This document shows positions 1 to 11,607 of a DNA stretch of 64,000 bases, one piece after another (the stretch's first letter is position 1; each line of letters opens with the position of its first letter). The position numbers and the translations under genes were made by a program. Source of the stretch: Chlorokybus atmophyticus (taxonomy: Eukaryota > Plantae > Mesostigma and Chlorokybus algae); the NCBI GenBank assembly GCA_009103225.1, contig RHPI01002069.1, forward strand, positions 1,284,744 to 1,348,743, in the 5' to 3' direction. The notes below the pieces were generated by a model. That model saw only the letters and a list, made by a program, of their open reading frames with translations, did not search any database and was not told the origin of the DNA.

Positions 1-641
1 TCGTGTTGCAGTGTTGCAGCTTCATTCATATGCACCACAACCACTACTGCATGTCTTTGCATGAACGACAGTGTAGTCCATTGCAGACAGAACGTATGAC
101 TCGTGCGCTAACTGCACTCCATAGTATGCGTGCGTTTGGTAGGTGGAAGAAGGCGGGGGGTGGACAACTGTTGCACATGCAAGGTTAACTTGAAGAACGA
201 CCACTCTACTGCATGCAATGCGCAGCTCGCACCCACCCTCTGTGGCTGTAGGTGTCGTCGTGCCCTTCTTTCCCGTTGCCTGTGACTGTCATGACAACCT
301 GCTAGTCAGCACTTATGCAAGCCAGAGCAGCACTGCACAGCTGCACCGAGGGCAAGCAGCAGCTCCGTGGCCTCACCTGCGCGCGTGCCCCACTACGCAG
401 AGCATGCGCCCTCCCCCTCGTCCGTCTGGGACCAGGAAGGCTGCTGGCAGACCATGTGGACGACGACGTGAGCAAGGACGAGCACGGCACGGATGTTGCC
501 GCCGCCATGTTGACAGCTGGCAACAAGTACGTCACTGCCAAGTTGGACACTGAAGCTTACTACAGACCAGATGCCAGTGCTGCCACGTCGCCCCCCGCAC
601 AAAGGAAGGCACACACTGTGCGGCACAGTGATTTTGTTCAG

Positions 642-656
642 TTAGGGTTTTCCCGC
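642..656 (+). promoter_or_regulatory. Telo-box (TAGGGTTT) fused to a canonical E2F site (TTTCCCGC), ~210 bp upstream of the ATG at 868
   Basis: Sequence ttagggttttcccgc at 642-656; both motifs are established plant/green-algal promoter elements. Function is inferred. Confidence 0.5.
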
Positions 657-867
657 CCAAGCACAAGACGCACAAGTTTCAAACAGTGCAAACAACGGGC
701 GTATAAAACATTTGGGCAAGCTTGCGCTTAGCTTACTGCAGCTTGCTTGTGTTGCTCGTGTGTTGGCGGCGGCAGGCTTCTTAGTAGTCGTTGGAGAAGT
801 GGACCACTGTTTGCAGGTTAGAGAGTTGACAGCGTAGTGTTTGCCTGTGCAGCAACTGTGAGAGAAG

Positions 868-2361
868 ATGGTGCCAAGCCCTAAGAGGATGACACGCAGC
901 CGTACCCGTGGCCAGCACGCTGCTGCCGACAGCCATGGTAAGTTTGAGCTGAGCTGTCCATTGTATGATCTGTCATGGGGCTTGTATTGTCGAAGCAACC
1001 ACAAGACTACACAGTCGTGTGGTAGTGGCTGTCCAAAAAGTGGTTGTCTTGTTTGTCACCAGTCTGGCTGCAGTGCAGTAGGTGCCATGGCTGTAAGCCA
1101 GTGTGCAGCCTTGTGTTGTGTTTCACAAGCACAATGTCAGTCTCAGAACCGGTATTAGGCAGGACACGGATCGAGTCAAAGCTGTATATACTTGTCTTTG
1201 TTGTTCTGACTGAGTGCCAGCTCGCAGCTGATGAACCCATGTGTGCTTATGATCTGGCAGGAGAGGGAGTTGGATTTGTGGAGACGCCAGTGGTGCCAAC
1301 AAAGGCTAGGTCCGGCCTGCCTCGCACTCCCTACCCTCGCGGCCGCCTGGGTGTGGCGCAGCCCTTGGGCGATGTGACCAACAAGCCTGTGGAGGCTGCA
1401 GCAGCCGACAAGGCTCCTGCTGTCCCAAAGCCCTCATCGTCAGCAAAGGCCCCTGCTGCTGCCGCCATGTCTAACCATGACCGTCTGGCTGAGGCACTCG
1501 AGCAGCTGTTCCAAAAGCAGGAGGCTGCCGCCTCTGCTGTCAGCCAGGAGGAGCAAGAAGCTTGTGTTATGGAGCAAGAAGTGACTTCCACTGCATTCAT
1601 GTCCCCAGCATTCGGTAAGCAACGCTGGTGACGCCATTGAGATTGTTGTACATTGCTGAGTTGTATTGTTGCTGGCAGATGTGTCGCCAGCAGTTGGCAG
1701 GACGCCAGCTCCATCTCCAGACGATGCATTCGACACCATGTCAAACATGCCCGCAGTCTCAACACCTCCCGCTGCAGCACTTGTCGCAGAGAATGTGCGT
1801 GTTCGCAGCGTTGTCGTCAAGCTGGAAAGGCCTGTTGAGAACACTTTCATGGAATCCGCTGAGGTAAGCTAGCATCTTTTTTGATAACGCGTATCTATGC
1901 ACATGCTCACGCATGTGTCACCTCCGCTAACAATTCTACTTTTCTCTATTCAGGTGCAAGTTGATGCTGGGATTGTTGCAGAGCAACTGACCAAGAACGA
2001 GCAAAGGCTGCAGAACCTCAGAAGGCTTCTGGACTCTGATGTCGATTCGGATGCGGAAGAAGAGTTCTTCCCAGCGGAAGAGGAAGCTGTTGATGACGAA
2101 GCTTGTGAAGCAGACGACTGCGACGTGCAACAATATGAATGCAATGAAGAGTTTGACTGCAATGAGCTGTGCGCTGCTGTGGAGAGTCTCAATGTTGGTG
2201 AGGGCGTGGAGCCTCTCCGCGGTCTGCCTGTCCCGACTGGCAGCCACATTCGCTTTGATGAGGATGATGTGGGCAACACGGTTGTGGTGGAGAGCCCACG
2301 CAATGGCAAGGTGCGGCTGCGAGGGATGCCGATGGCAAGCGGCAAGCACATTCGCTACTGA
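868..2361 (+). CDS. Uncharacterised ~338-aa low-complexity protein, possibly cell-cycle related (4 predicted exons: 868-937, 1261-1614, 1679-1863, 1954-2361)
   Basis: GT-AG junctions join in frame (1017 nt). N-term MVPSPKR, many SP/TP sites, PLGDVTN motif, acidic DEEE tract, duplicated C-terminal LRG(L/M)PxxxGxHIR(F/Y) motif. Confidence 0.7.
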
Positions 2362-3327
2362 AACATTCTGCTGAATGCTACACTTGTCCCATTGCTGCCA
2401 AGTGGAAGCCGGCAGAAAAACTGTTTCTGCTATGTAAATTATCTGCGTTGCTGCCATGACATATCAAGTCGAGTCTATCTATTCTTTATAGTGGTACCCC
2501 CTTGTAGCTGTGGCTGAGTTTTTCAATGAATATATGCCGGTTTTCCTTTATCTGCACATCAAACAGCAACATAGCGTAGACGGTTGCAAAAACGACATCC
2601 CTGTACACTCAGTAAGCTGAGAAAACCACTACTGTATGTACAATAAGCTTGTAGGCAATGTGGATGTGTGTGCATTCACTGTCACAGGCACACATGGCAG
2701 ATGATTGGATGCTTGGATATATCAACATGTGCGTGCATGGGGTGCTAAGGTTGGTTGCACCGGCATGTGAGAGTGTCCGCGCCCATACACATACACACGC
2801 ATGCATGCGCACACACATGCATTTAAGCATGCACATGTTGACTGATCCAAGTGCACGGCATCACGCCCATTACTGTGAACGCTAAAGCGCTCAGATCTGG
2901 TTATGTATATTGCTCAAGTTGTGGTTGAAGATGTGCGCCCGCACACATGAGAATTTCATTCAGCAAGACTGCTGCAGCTTCCTTGCAGCAAGAAACGACC
3001 TCCTTGAACCTCGCGGAACAGAGGTGCCGTGCGCTGGGCTCTTATTGAAGAACCAGCAACACCAAAATGCAACTTGAGGATCATGCACAAGCATGAAACC
3101 CGGGTGGTCCCTTTCGGCATAGGCCTAGCTGCCTGCCAACATTGCTTTGTCTGCACAGCATGGGAAATGGCTGGGGATAGCAGCGTTGCTGCTCTAGCGA
3201 GCATGGAGCGAGTGCTAATGGGCTCAGTGGGTGTATGACGCAACCGCCATGCTTCCTCTTTCTCGTAAGAAGCTCAACACGGCAGCAAGCTGTGCAACGC
3301 ACTGGTGGTGCGTTCAGCAGCAAGGCG

Positions 3328-5286
3328 ATGACGTGGTCGTCGGGTGCGTGGGTCTTGGCGGCGCTGTGGACGTCGTTGTTGTCGGCGCAGGCGGCAACCC
3401 TGGACTTCGCTGATGGCACAGCGCCGTCGCCGCCGACTTGGCCGGACTCCTTTGAGGTGCGCTTCAACGAGGTGAGTCACTGCCACAGCAGGTTGACCAG
3501 CCTGCCTTGATGAGGATGAATGCGTTACCGCTGGTCTTCATGTTCATGCCTGTTTGTGTGCATGGCTGAGAGACCACCGAGACTTCCTAGCCGACATAAC
3601 AGCTGATTTGAATGAAAATGAACAATACTTGAGATTGCTTGGCTTGCTATGCTTTGACTGACGCCTGAAGCCCTGTGCGGTTTTCCCGTATTCCTGTATG
3701 CTCCTATGGAGTGTATTTTGCTTCAGCAACTTCTGACGCAGTGCATGCGTTCAAAGCAACCAGCATTTCAGATGACAATCATGTATAAGCGCGTTGGTGT
3801 GCATGCGCGCAACCTGTGTGTATGCTATTCCGTCCCTCTGGACCACAAGCTCAAAGCCGGTTGTTCAAGCTGTCTATGGGCTCCAACAATACTACAATTG
3901 CCAGACGGTGTTCGTGGCATTTCACACGACAGGCGTGTGGTTTTACGACTACGCCCATGGCCGGTCCCGCATGGATCGCGCTGATGGCTTCGCTGACCGC
4001 TACTGCGGGTACGCTTCACATGCTCACCCTTTGCAGCCATGCAGCAGCACGTCATGCATGCAGTTAGGTACTGATTGACTGCACTGGTGACTTCTGCTGA
4101 AGTTCTGATCCAATCCACCGCTTGCACTCGTGTGAGGAACTGGCTGGTCAGCATTGCATGCAAGCTCACATTGATCGGCACCATCAGTGTGTGTCCATGT
4201 TGACGTGACCGCGAGTGTGTGCGTGCGTGCAACTGTGCGCATGCGTGCTCTTGTGCGTGTGTCTCTGTGCCTGTGATTGCGTGCATGTGCAGGCAATGAC
4301 ATGCAAGCATGTGCACAAGACACTCTAAGCATTGCACACTTTTATCTTAGCATAACCTACAGCCAGCGCAACTCAACAGCAGTCATCCTAGCCGCCTTCA
4401 TGCATGGCCGAAGGCATGAACATCGAGTACGACAAACTGCACTCAGATCTCTGCTTGTGTGTGGATTTTATGCACATGCAGGATGGCGAGGCCGCTGCGC
4501 AGCACGCCGTGCACGCACCTAGTCCGCGACGGCGTGCGCTACCTGCTGTTCCCCGAGGGAGGCCCGCACCGGTCGTCAACGCCGCCGTGCTGCCGGTGCT
4601 GCGGTGCTGAAGCTGGCTGCGGTGTTGTGCGTCCCGACTGGCTTGCAGACGCCGTGTACGTGGGCCAAGACACCGTGCGTGGGATCACCTGCCACAAATG
4701 GTGAGACAATCAAAATTATCATACAAGTCTGTTTTCAGCGTGCACGCATGACAGTTGCAAGTTGATGGTTGTGTGTCTGCGTGCAGGAGCAAGAAAGGCT
4801 TGCAGCCCAACTACTACTGGGAGACTGAAGCTGGAGTGCCTGTAAAGTTGGCCATGGTGAGTAGTGGTTCTCACAGCGCATGAATTTGCAGCTTGCAATG
4901 TGGGTTCGAGGTTTGCTACCTTCACATAATGTGCATGGCGTAAATTATGCAACACTGTCTGGCACTGTGTGTGATGGTAGGTTCCGACCACAACTCAAGA
5001 CTTCAACCCAGCGAGTTTCCACGCTCGTCCAATGGAGGACTGGCTGTTTGAGCTGCCACCAGGGTGAGTATGTATTGGCAGTATGCTCCTGCAGTCGTCT
5101 GCAGTAGAGCACATGTCTCTTGCAGTAACAGCAAGGCATGAACAAACTGCCGTGCTGGTTGGAACCGTTGTTTTGTTTCATGTTGTTAAATGATCTGACA
5201 GTGGGTGCGACACACAATGCGGCGGCATCTGTAAGAAGCTGAGCAAGGCAGCTGCAGGCAGCACCGACTTATACGCATATGTTTAA
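3328..5286 (+). CDS. Secreted Cys-rich protein of the ependymin-like/At4g14100-like protist family (predicted exons ~3328-3471, 3907-4009, 4481-4701, 4787-4856, 4981-5063, 5202-5286)
   Basis: Signal-peptide-like N-term; motifs PTWPDSF, TTGVWFYDY..RMDR..G..DRYCG, TPCTHLV..G.RYL, CC.CC...GCG...PDWL, KGLQPNYY, LPPGGC..C; exons join in frame. Family name is from motif recall. Confidence 0.72.
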
Positions 5287-6252
5287 AGAGTTGAGGTATT
5301 ACAGGTATTAGAAGTTTTAGAGGTATCAGAGGTCTTTACGTGCTGCATGTGAGTCATGCGTTGAGAGCAAATTCGCTGGCCAAGCGGCAAGGCCGGATGG
5401 TTGTCCCAAAATGCTGCAAGTGGGCCTATACCTAACTTATAGAAAGGGGATCCCATTATTCACACTGGACACTTATTCTAACAGTTGATTGACACGTCAA
5501 CTGCATGCAGTAGGGTGAACACCCAATGCCCAGCATAAGTGCACTTCTGTGTTTCCCACACTGTAGTCTTTAGTGGTTTTGGAAGCTACCGGAACTTTCT
5601 TCTGTTCAGCCACGGAACTTCCTAGCACCCTTCCTTGTGTTGGGATCGCGCCAAGAACGACACGTGTCTGAGGGCGGCGTTGCCGGGCCAAACCACCACT
5701 GATGTGACGGTTCGGTTACGCTTCCGCCAACGATTGACTGTGTTTTGGTTCGCACATTCCGGACCGGAACACGCCAAACTTGGCGGCCAAAGTGTTCGTG
5801 TACGTCACTGCACTTCGTATTCGAGTTACGTCGGGCGCGCTGTCACAGCCCCGCCAAAAACCCCTCACTCCATCGACGGCCAGCGTCTCGCCGTAACTCT
5901 GACATCCGTCCTCTTGCTCAATATCGCTGATCGGACGGTCGGAAACCTCTGCGACAGCGTGGAGATAAGTCCCAAACGGGCCCGCCCGGACTGATGCGTA
6001 TATAAAGAGAGGGCAGCACACTAACAGCAGCCGCCATAGCTGCCAAGCTTTCACGGTGCTAACTTCTCTCGAAAGCTATTGCCTAGGCCGCCGGCAACTG
6101 TCGCTTCGGACGCCGACAACGCCAACAACATAGCCGACGACGACGACGTCCCCGCCCTCTCCCTTGCTGAGGGTTGTATACACACGTACACACTAAATAG
6201 CCGCAGATCCACCCGGCGATCGCTGAGCTTTAGGCAGGCTGTAGTTGCAGGC

Positions 6253-6265
6253 TAGGGTTTGGGCC
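6253..6265 (+). promoter_or_regulatory. Telo-box immediately followed by a site-II-like motif (TGGGCC) upstream of the GTE gene
   Basis: tagggtttgggcc at 6253-6265. Confidence 0.45.
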
Positions 6266-6630
6266 CGCCGCTAGCTGGCGAGGGTTTGAGGGTAGGCTGG
6301 TGTGCTGGAGGCGGAGCAGCTGGTGATGTGAAGGAGGAGCACAAGTAGCAGGAGCACAGATAGTGCGAGCCAGGGGCTGTGAGCTAGCTTGCCGCGGATC
6401 AGCAGACTGCGTCAGCTTGAACGTAAGTTGCGGCTGTGGCGTTGTGGTGGTCGGTGTTGGTGTCCGTGGTGGTGTCGGTGTGCACTGCTTGCTTTCTTGC
6501 TTGCTTGTTGTTTGCCTTTGCTGGCTCTTCTGCCGGCCGTTCTTGTCGTTTGTGGGGTATGCTGCCAGCTAGATATTAACATGTCGATTGTGATGGCAAA
6601 CAGCCAGCAGCAAGCAGGGCTGTCGGGGCT

Positions 6631-8538
6631 ATGGCGCCGGCTGTGGCTGAGGCGGCCGGCCCTTCAGCTGCTGGTGCGTCGTCAGGGGAGAAGCGGCCGC
6701 AGTTGCTCATCCGCCTGCCGGCGTCCGTGTTGACGGAGGTGGATGGGGGGCCTGCAACGGAGAGGGATCGGCGGCGGGCGTTGAAGCGAAAGCTGCGGGA
6801 GCTGCAGGCCTTGACTGGCAAAGTGGATGAGCGGTTGAAGTCGTCCTCTCCCTGTGCGCCGTCCGGGGATGAGCAGCCGACGCCTCTTCCAGAGCTTGTC
6901 TCCTCAGACTCGGCGGCAGCTGCACCCCACGTTCCGGCGGTCGAAGTCAATGACGCAGAGTCACGGGGGGAGGAGGACGGAGGAAGTCCAGCTATTGCGG
7001 GGGTGTCCAGTCGGGGTAGGAGGGCTGTGAAGCCCAACACTGCACACTCTGATTTCTTAGATTGGGATGGTGTGCAAGTCAAGGATGGCGTGGCGGCTGC
7101 ACCCCCCCAAAAGCTAGATGCCCGTTCGCGAAATTTGCTCAAGCAAGAGTGTGCGCCTCTGCTTGAGAGCCTGATGCAGAACAGGTTTGTCTGCTATGCA
7201 CCATGTGTTGTGCCCGGACTGCATCAGGTCAATGACTTTAGTATGCCATTGGTTTGGTCAAGGCAGGTAGTTCCTTTGTGTGCTTGCTTACAATCGAACA
7301 GTCAAACTTGGGTTGGGTTTTGTTAGCCGCTTTTATGTAGCATCTTCCCAGCCCTTGTGTCTCGCCTGAGCTTTTCTTGGGTTTTTGGTATGTGGCACGA
7401 GCTGCGCTGACCTGGCAAACATTGTCAAGGTGGGCGTGGGTTTTCAACTCGCCCGTCGATGTCGAAGGCATGGGGTTGCATGATTACCCACTGATCATCA
7501 AGCACCCTATGGACCTGGGCACCATCAACTCTCGCCTCTCTTACGCGCGGTACAACTCCCCTGCAGCCTTTGCTGCTGATGTTCGGCTGGTCTTTTCCAA
7601 CGCCAGGCTGTACAACGCTCCTGGAACTGATGTGTACACCATGGCAACCAACCTCTCCGCGGAGTTTGAGCGCCAGTGGCGTTCCCTGCAGCCTCGACTG
7701 GCACAGCTATTAGAAGACCAGCCAGTTGCTTCCCCAAGAGCTCACCCTGCTCCTGTCAAGCACGAGCGCGCAAGGGAGCACAGAGAGGAGCCAAAGCAGC
7801 TCAAGGAGCATCCTGCGGAGCCCAGGGAGCAGCACGTACAGCCCAAGGAGCACAAAGAGAAGCCACGCAAGGAAAAATCCCACAAAAAGCAATCCCCTCC
7901 GCCCTCCCCTCCGGACTCCCCTGCTCCCAAAGCCAAGACGCCACGCGTGCGCCCACCCCCGCCTGAGAGGAAACCTGGATCAGCTATGCCCGCCAAGGAC
8001 AAGGAGTGGCTTCTCAAGCATCTTGACCGAGTGCCTGCAGACCGCGCACATCGTGTTGTGGAGATTGTCACCTCGCGCCATCCTCATCTTGCCCAGCAGA
8101 ATGAGTCTGAGTACGAGCTGGATATCTCGGAGCTCAGCGATGCCACACTCTGGGAGCTGCACAGGTGCCTGTTTGTTTCTGTGATTTGTACCCAATTCAA
8201 GTTTGTGGTCATTGTATTGATTGCTGGCTCTGGGGCTGCACAGGTTTGTCACCAACTGCATGAAGTCGCTGTCCAAGTGGCGAAAGCGCAAGCTTGGCAT
8301 TCCCATCACAAACTCCCGCCGCCCGCCTGCTTCATCTTCTCGCCGACCCTCCAAGAGGCGCGCGTATGACGATGATGAGGACCTGGACATTGGTGACGAG
8401 CTGCCCGAGCCGCGCCCACAACGAGCAGTTGTTGAGAGGGAGCGGCGGCCAGCCGATTCTGACCTCAGCTCATCCAGCAGTGACTCTGATTCCGGCTCAG
8501 ACAGCAGTTCAAGTGACTCCTCAGACAATGACTCGTAG
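6631..8538 (+). CDS. BET/GTE-family protein (bromodomain + extra-terminal domain), 3 predicted coding exons (~6631-7184, ~7430-8164, ~8246-8538)
   Basis: Bromodomain WAWVFNSPVD...LHDYPLIIKHPMDLGTI...F..DVRLVFSNARLYN; ET domain DKEWLLKHLDRV...EYELDISELSDATLWELHRFV; Ser/Asp-rich tail. Confidence 0.92.
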
Positions 8539-9789
8539 TGCAGTGTCTGTATGTACAGTTATTGTGCAGTGCACTACGGTGCCGCTCTGGGCTGTCAAAT
8601 TTGACTTATATACAGCAATGTTGGACTGGACAAATAGTAGTTACCCTGCCCCACACTCCCTTTATCAACTGAACTCATCATTGCATTTAGTACTGTGACC
8701 ATAGCAGTTGGTGATGTGCTTATGCTAAATATTGTGTATAATGAATAGAATGCGAGGATTGTGGCATGCATGAGAGTGTGACGCACACATGCATGAGCAG
8801 TCCACTCACCACTCTATGAAGCACTCTCATTAACCGCTGGGCTGCTAACCTAGCTGCTACCTACCTTCTCTACTGCCCATACCCATTAGGCATGCATGCA
8901 TGCGTGCGTCATCACCTGCACATGCGCCTTGGTCAGCGGCCTTCTTGCAGTAGCAGCGGCTACATCAGCAGCAGGACTCGACGGACTATTCCTTCCGCTT
9001 CACCCACACCCCCGCCATCTCCGCCAGCCTCCTACTGCCGTCTTGTCAACCGCCGGCTTAGGGTTTTGTCAGTACACACACGCATGCATGTACGGCACGC
9101 ACGGAAACTCCCTCTGCGGCGGTGCATGTCGTGGTTGTGTGCTCCTACTTTGACGACATGGGCAGACTTCGCTGCTCCCCATGTACTTTCACTTGTGGCT
9201 TCGTCTTGGGCATTGCTATGCATGGCTAGTTGGGTGGGCACCAACTCTCGATATCAAGCAGGCAACTAGCACGCATACGATTAATTACAGACGTACAGTG
9301 GGAACCAGTCATGTCCATGGCTATGCCTAAGCGCACACATCACAGCAACAACGTCCAGCACAGAGCCAGGTGACAGCGGCGCACACTAGCACGCTAGCAC
9401 GCAGGCAACTACACATGCAGGGTGTGTGTGTGAGGCGAAAACGTGTTTGATGGGAGGTTTATGACACGCGGTGTGCTGCCTTGTGAACATGCATGGTGTG
9501 ATGGCGAGGGACTTCACTGTGTGCAACACGACACAGCATGCACAACACAGTGCCGCCAGCAGCTGCATGCCACCAGCCAGCGCCATATGCGACATGCCAC
9601 ACCCTCATACGCAACCACCGTGCTGAACTATGTTCACCACCTACATGTACTCTACCACTACAACTACCCCACCCTGTCAGTCATGCATGCATGCAATCCT
9701 CAGAGGCAGTCACCTGCACATCGCCGTTGTACTGGGTAGGCAGCTGCATGTGTTCATATTTCCACACAGATAGCAGTTGCAACAGAGTG

Positions 9790-11105
9790 TAAGCAGATGG
9801 CGATGGCGGAACATGGTACACCATTTCACCCCATTGGTATCCACCTTGCTCAGCTGGTCTCTTGTACGAGTATGCAATGCCATATTGCAATATGTAGCAG
9901 GGCCTGCAAGCCAGTTGAATTTCAGTCCTTCCTGATGCGTAAACATGGAGTGGCTGCGACATGAGCTGCTATTGTTATTGCATTTGTATTTTCACACCGG
10001 CTTGCTGTAGGATGAGCCAGTGCAGGAAGTCATGAAACGACATTGCACATGTATTAGGGCCTGGGTTGAGAAGCCGATGTGGTGAATGTGTATATGAATT
10101 TGTTCTAACGCTGTCCCCACTCAACATGACATTAAAACAGCAACCACAAGCAGAAGCATAGGGCTGTTGGCCCAAGCCCGTGTTGAAGTGTGTGCCAATT
10201 CAGACACTGCACATGCCCGAACTCACCCCCCCATTCTTTGTTGAATCGCACGCCCCACATTACTAGTCAATGATTTTGATAACAGATACTAATCCAAACC
10301 ACACTCGTAAACACCACACCCTTGGATACACGACAATAATCACCTGCAACATGTTGGGAGTGCCATTGGTGTCAAGTCAACACCATCACAATCAAGCATT
10401 GCAAGGTATCCCTAACAAGACCGAAATTGCAACGCTTATTGATGACACCCAGATGGCTGTGTCGCCCATATTTATAGCAGCCAGAGCAGTGCCAAGCATT
10501 TTAGCCCCAACAGAGTAGCGGCCAGAGAGGTACACAAACATCGCCTTACAACGCCACTCTACTCTGCTAATCCTGATGGTGCACACTCACCCACTGGCAG
10601 GCTGTGCATGCCAGCGTATTCCAGCAACAGCTCCGCCTTCTGCAAACAGTTAACCAATACAGTGAATCACTCCCTTGGGTCTGACTTATTGATTGAATTA
10701 CTTGTGAAGCCCAACACGTCATCACACTGACTTTTGTTGCAGGGCGTTGAGGCAATCGGCAAAGCCCCACTTGGTGGCGTCCAGCTTGTCGGTGTCGCAT
10801 TGCTCGAGTCACCGTGATGCTTGCACAGACACTGTCATAGGCGCGATGCCTATGTGCATGTGCGTGTGTACGCATGCATATGTGGGCGCATGTGTTGAGC
10901 TGGACGAGTCAGTTGCGCACTCATACCTTGATCCGGGATGGCTTTCTGCTGTACTAGTTTTGAGAAATCCATACCTCTGTGGTGATTCAAGTATCTACTG
11001 TCACTCATGCGTCCTTGTACCTGTTTGGACCGCTCGACAGCCTATTTGCCTCCTCGTGCTCCCGCACAAGCTCTTCCCTCAACGCGCCCTCCTTCTCCTC
11101 CAGTC
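9790..11105 (-). CDS. Probable multi-exon gene of unknown function (exon structure unresolved)
   Basis: Several GC3-rich minus-strand segments bounded by GT/AG, e.g. LEEKEGALREELVREHEEANRL (~11105-11021), EQCDTDKLDATKWGFADCLNALQQ (~10810-10737), AMFVYLSGRYSVGAKMLGTALAAINMGDTAIW (~10535-10448). I could not assemble a single model. Confidence 0.35.
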
Positions 11106-11205
11106 AGGTGGGGCAGAACAAGCACTTACGTAGAGTAGTGTCCAATATACACAACACTGTAGGTGCAGTATTATGCACCAATATCACAGCAACAGCGTGA
11201 AGGAC

Positions 11206-11551
11206 GCTTGCAGACCAGCACACAAACACAGCAGCAGCACCACATAACCATGCACATACAGATGTGCATATTTATGTGGTTCAATGGTACGTCCCATGAC
11301 CCTGAAGTCCACGACTTCCTGCAAGGCAGACAATCCATCACAGACAATCCAATATCGGATTGTCTCGCTTGCAGACCAGCACACAAACACAGCAGCAGCA
11401 CCACATAAACATGCACATACAGATGTGCATGTTTATGTGGTGCAATGGTACGTCCCATGACCCTGAAGTGCATGACTTCCTGCAAGGCAGACAATCCATC
11501 ACAGACAATCCAAAATCGGATTGTCTGTGATGGATTGTCTGCCTTGCAGGA
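11206..11551. repeat. 161-bp tandem duplication ending in a perfect 34-bp inverted repeat (11478-11511 / 11518-11551, 6-nt loop)
   Basis: Units start at 11206 and 11367. Arms tcctgcaaggcagacaatccatcacagacaatcc and ggattgtctgtgatggattgtctgccttgcagga are exact reverse complements. Confidence 0.95.
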
Positions 11552-11607
11552 ATACAGCAACGAAGAGTGCAATAGGAATTGTAGCTAAGCTGGTGGGTAG
11601 TCTGAAG

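Noticed and set aside
300-620. Terminal exon of a gene entering from the left (e.g. ...VWDQEGCWQTMWTTT-TGA)
   Set aside because: Two different frames look equally coding and neither has recognisable homology or clear splice support.
642-651. Interstitial telomere or chromosome-fusion scar
   Set aside because: TTAGGG-type motifs occur as single copies near gene starts, not as arrays.
6326-6733. Regulatory uORFs of the GTE gene (ATG-TGA at 6326; out-of-frame ATG at 6581)
   Set aside because: The TSS and 5'-UTR splicing are unknown, and such ATGs arise by chance.
11206-11551. CRISPR-like array
   Set aside because: Only two 161-bp near-identical units with no unique spacers, in a eukaryotic context with no cas genes.
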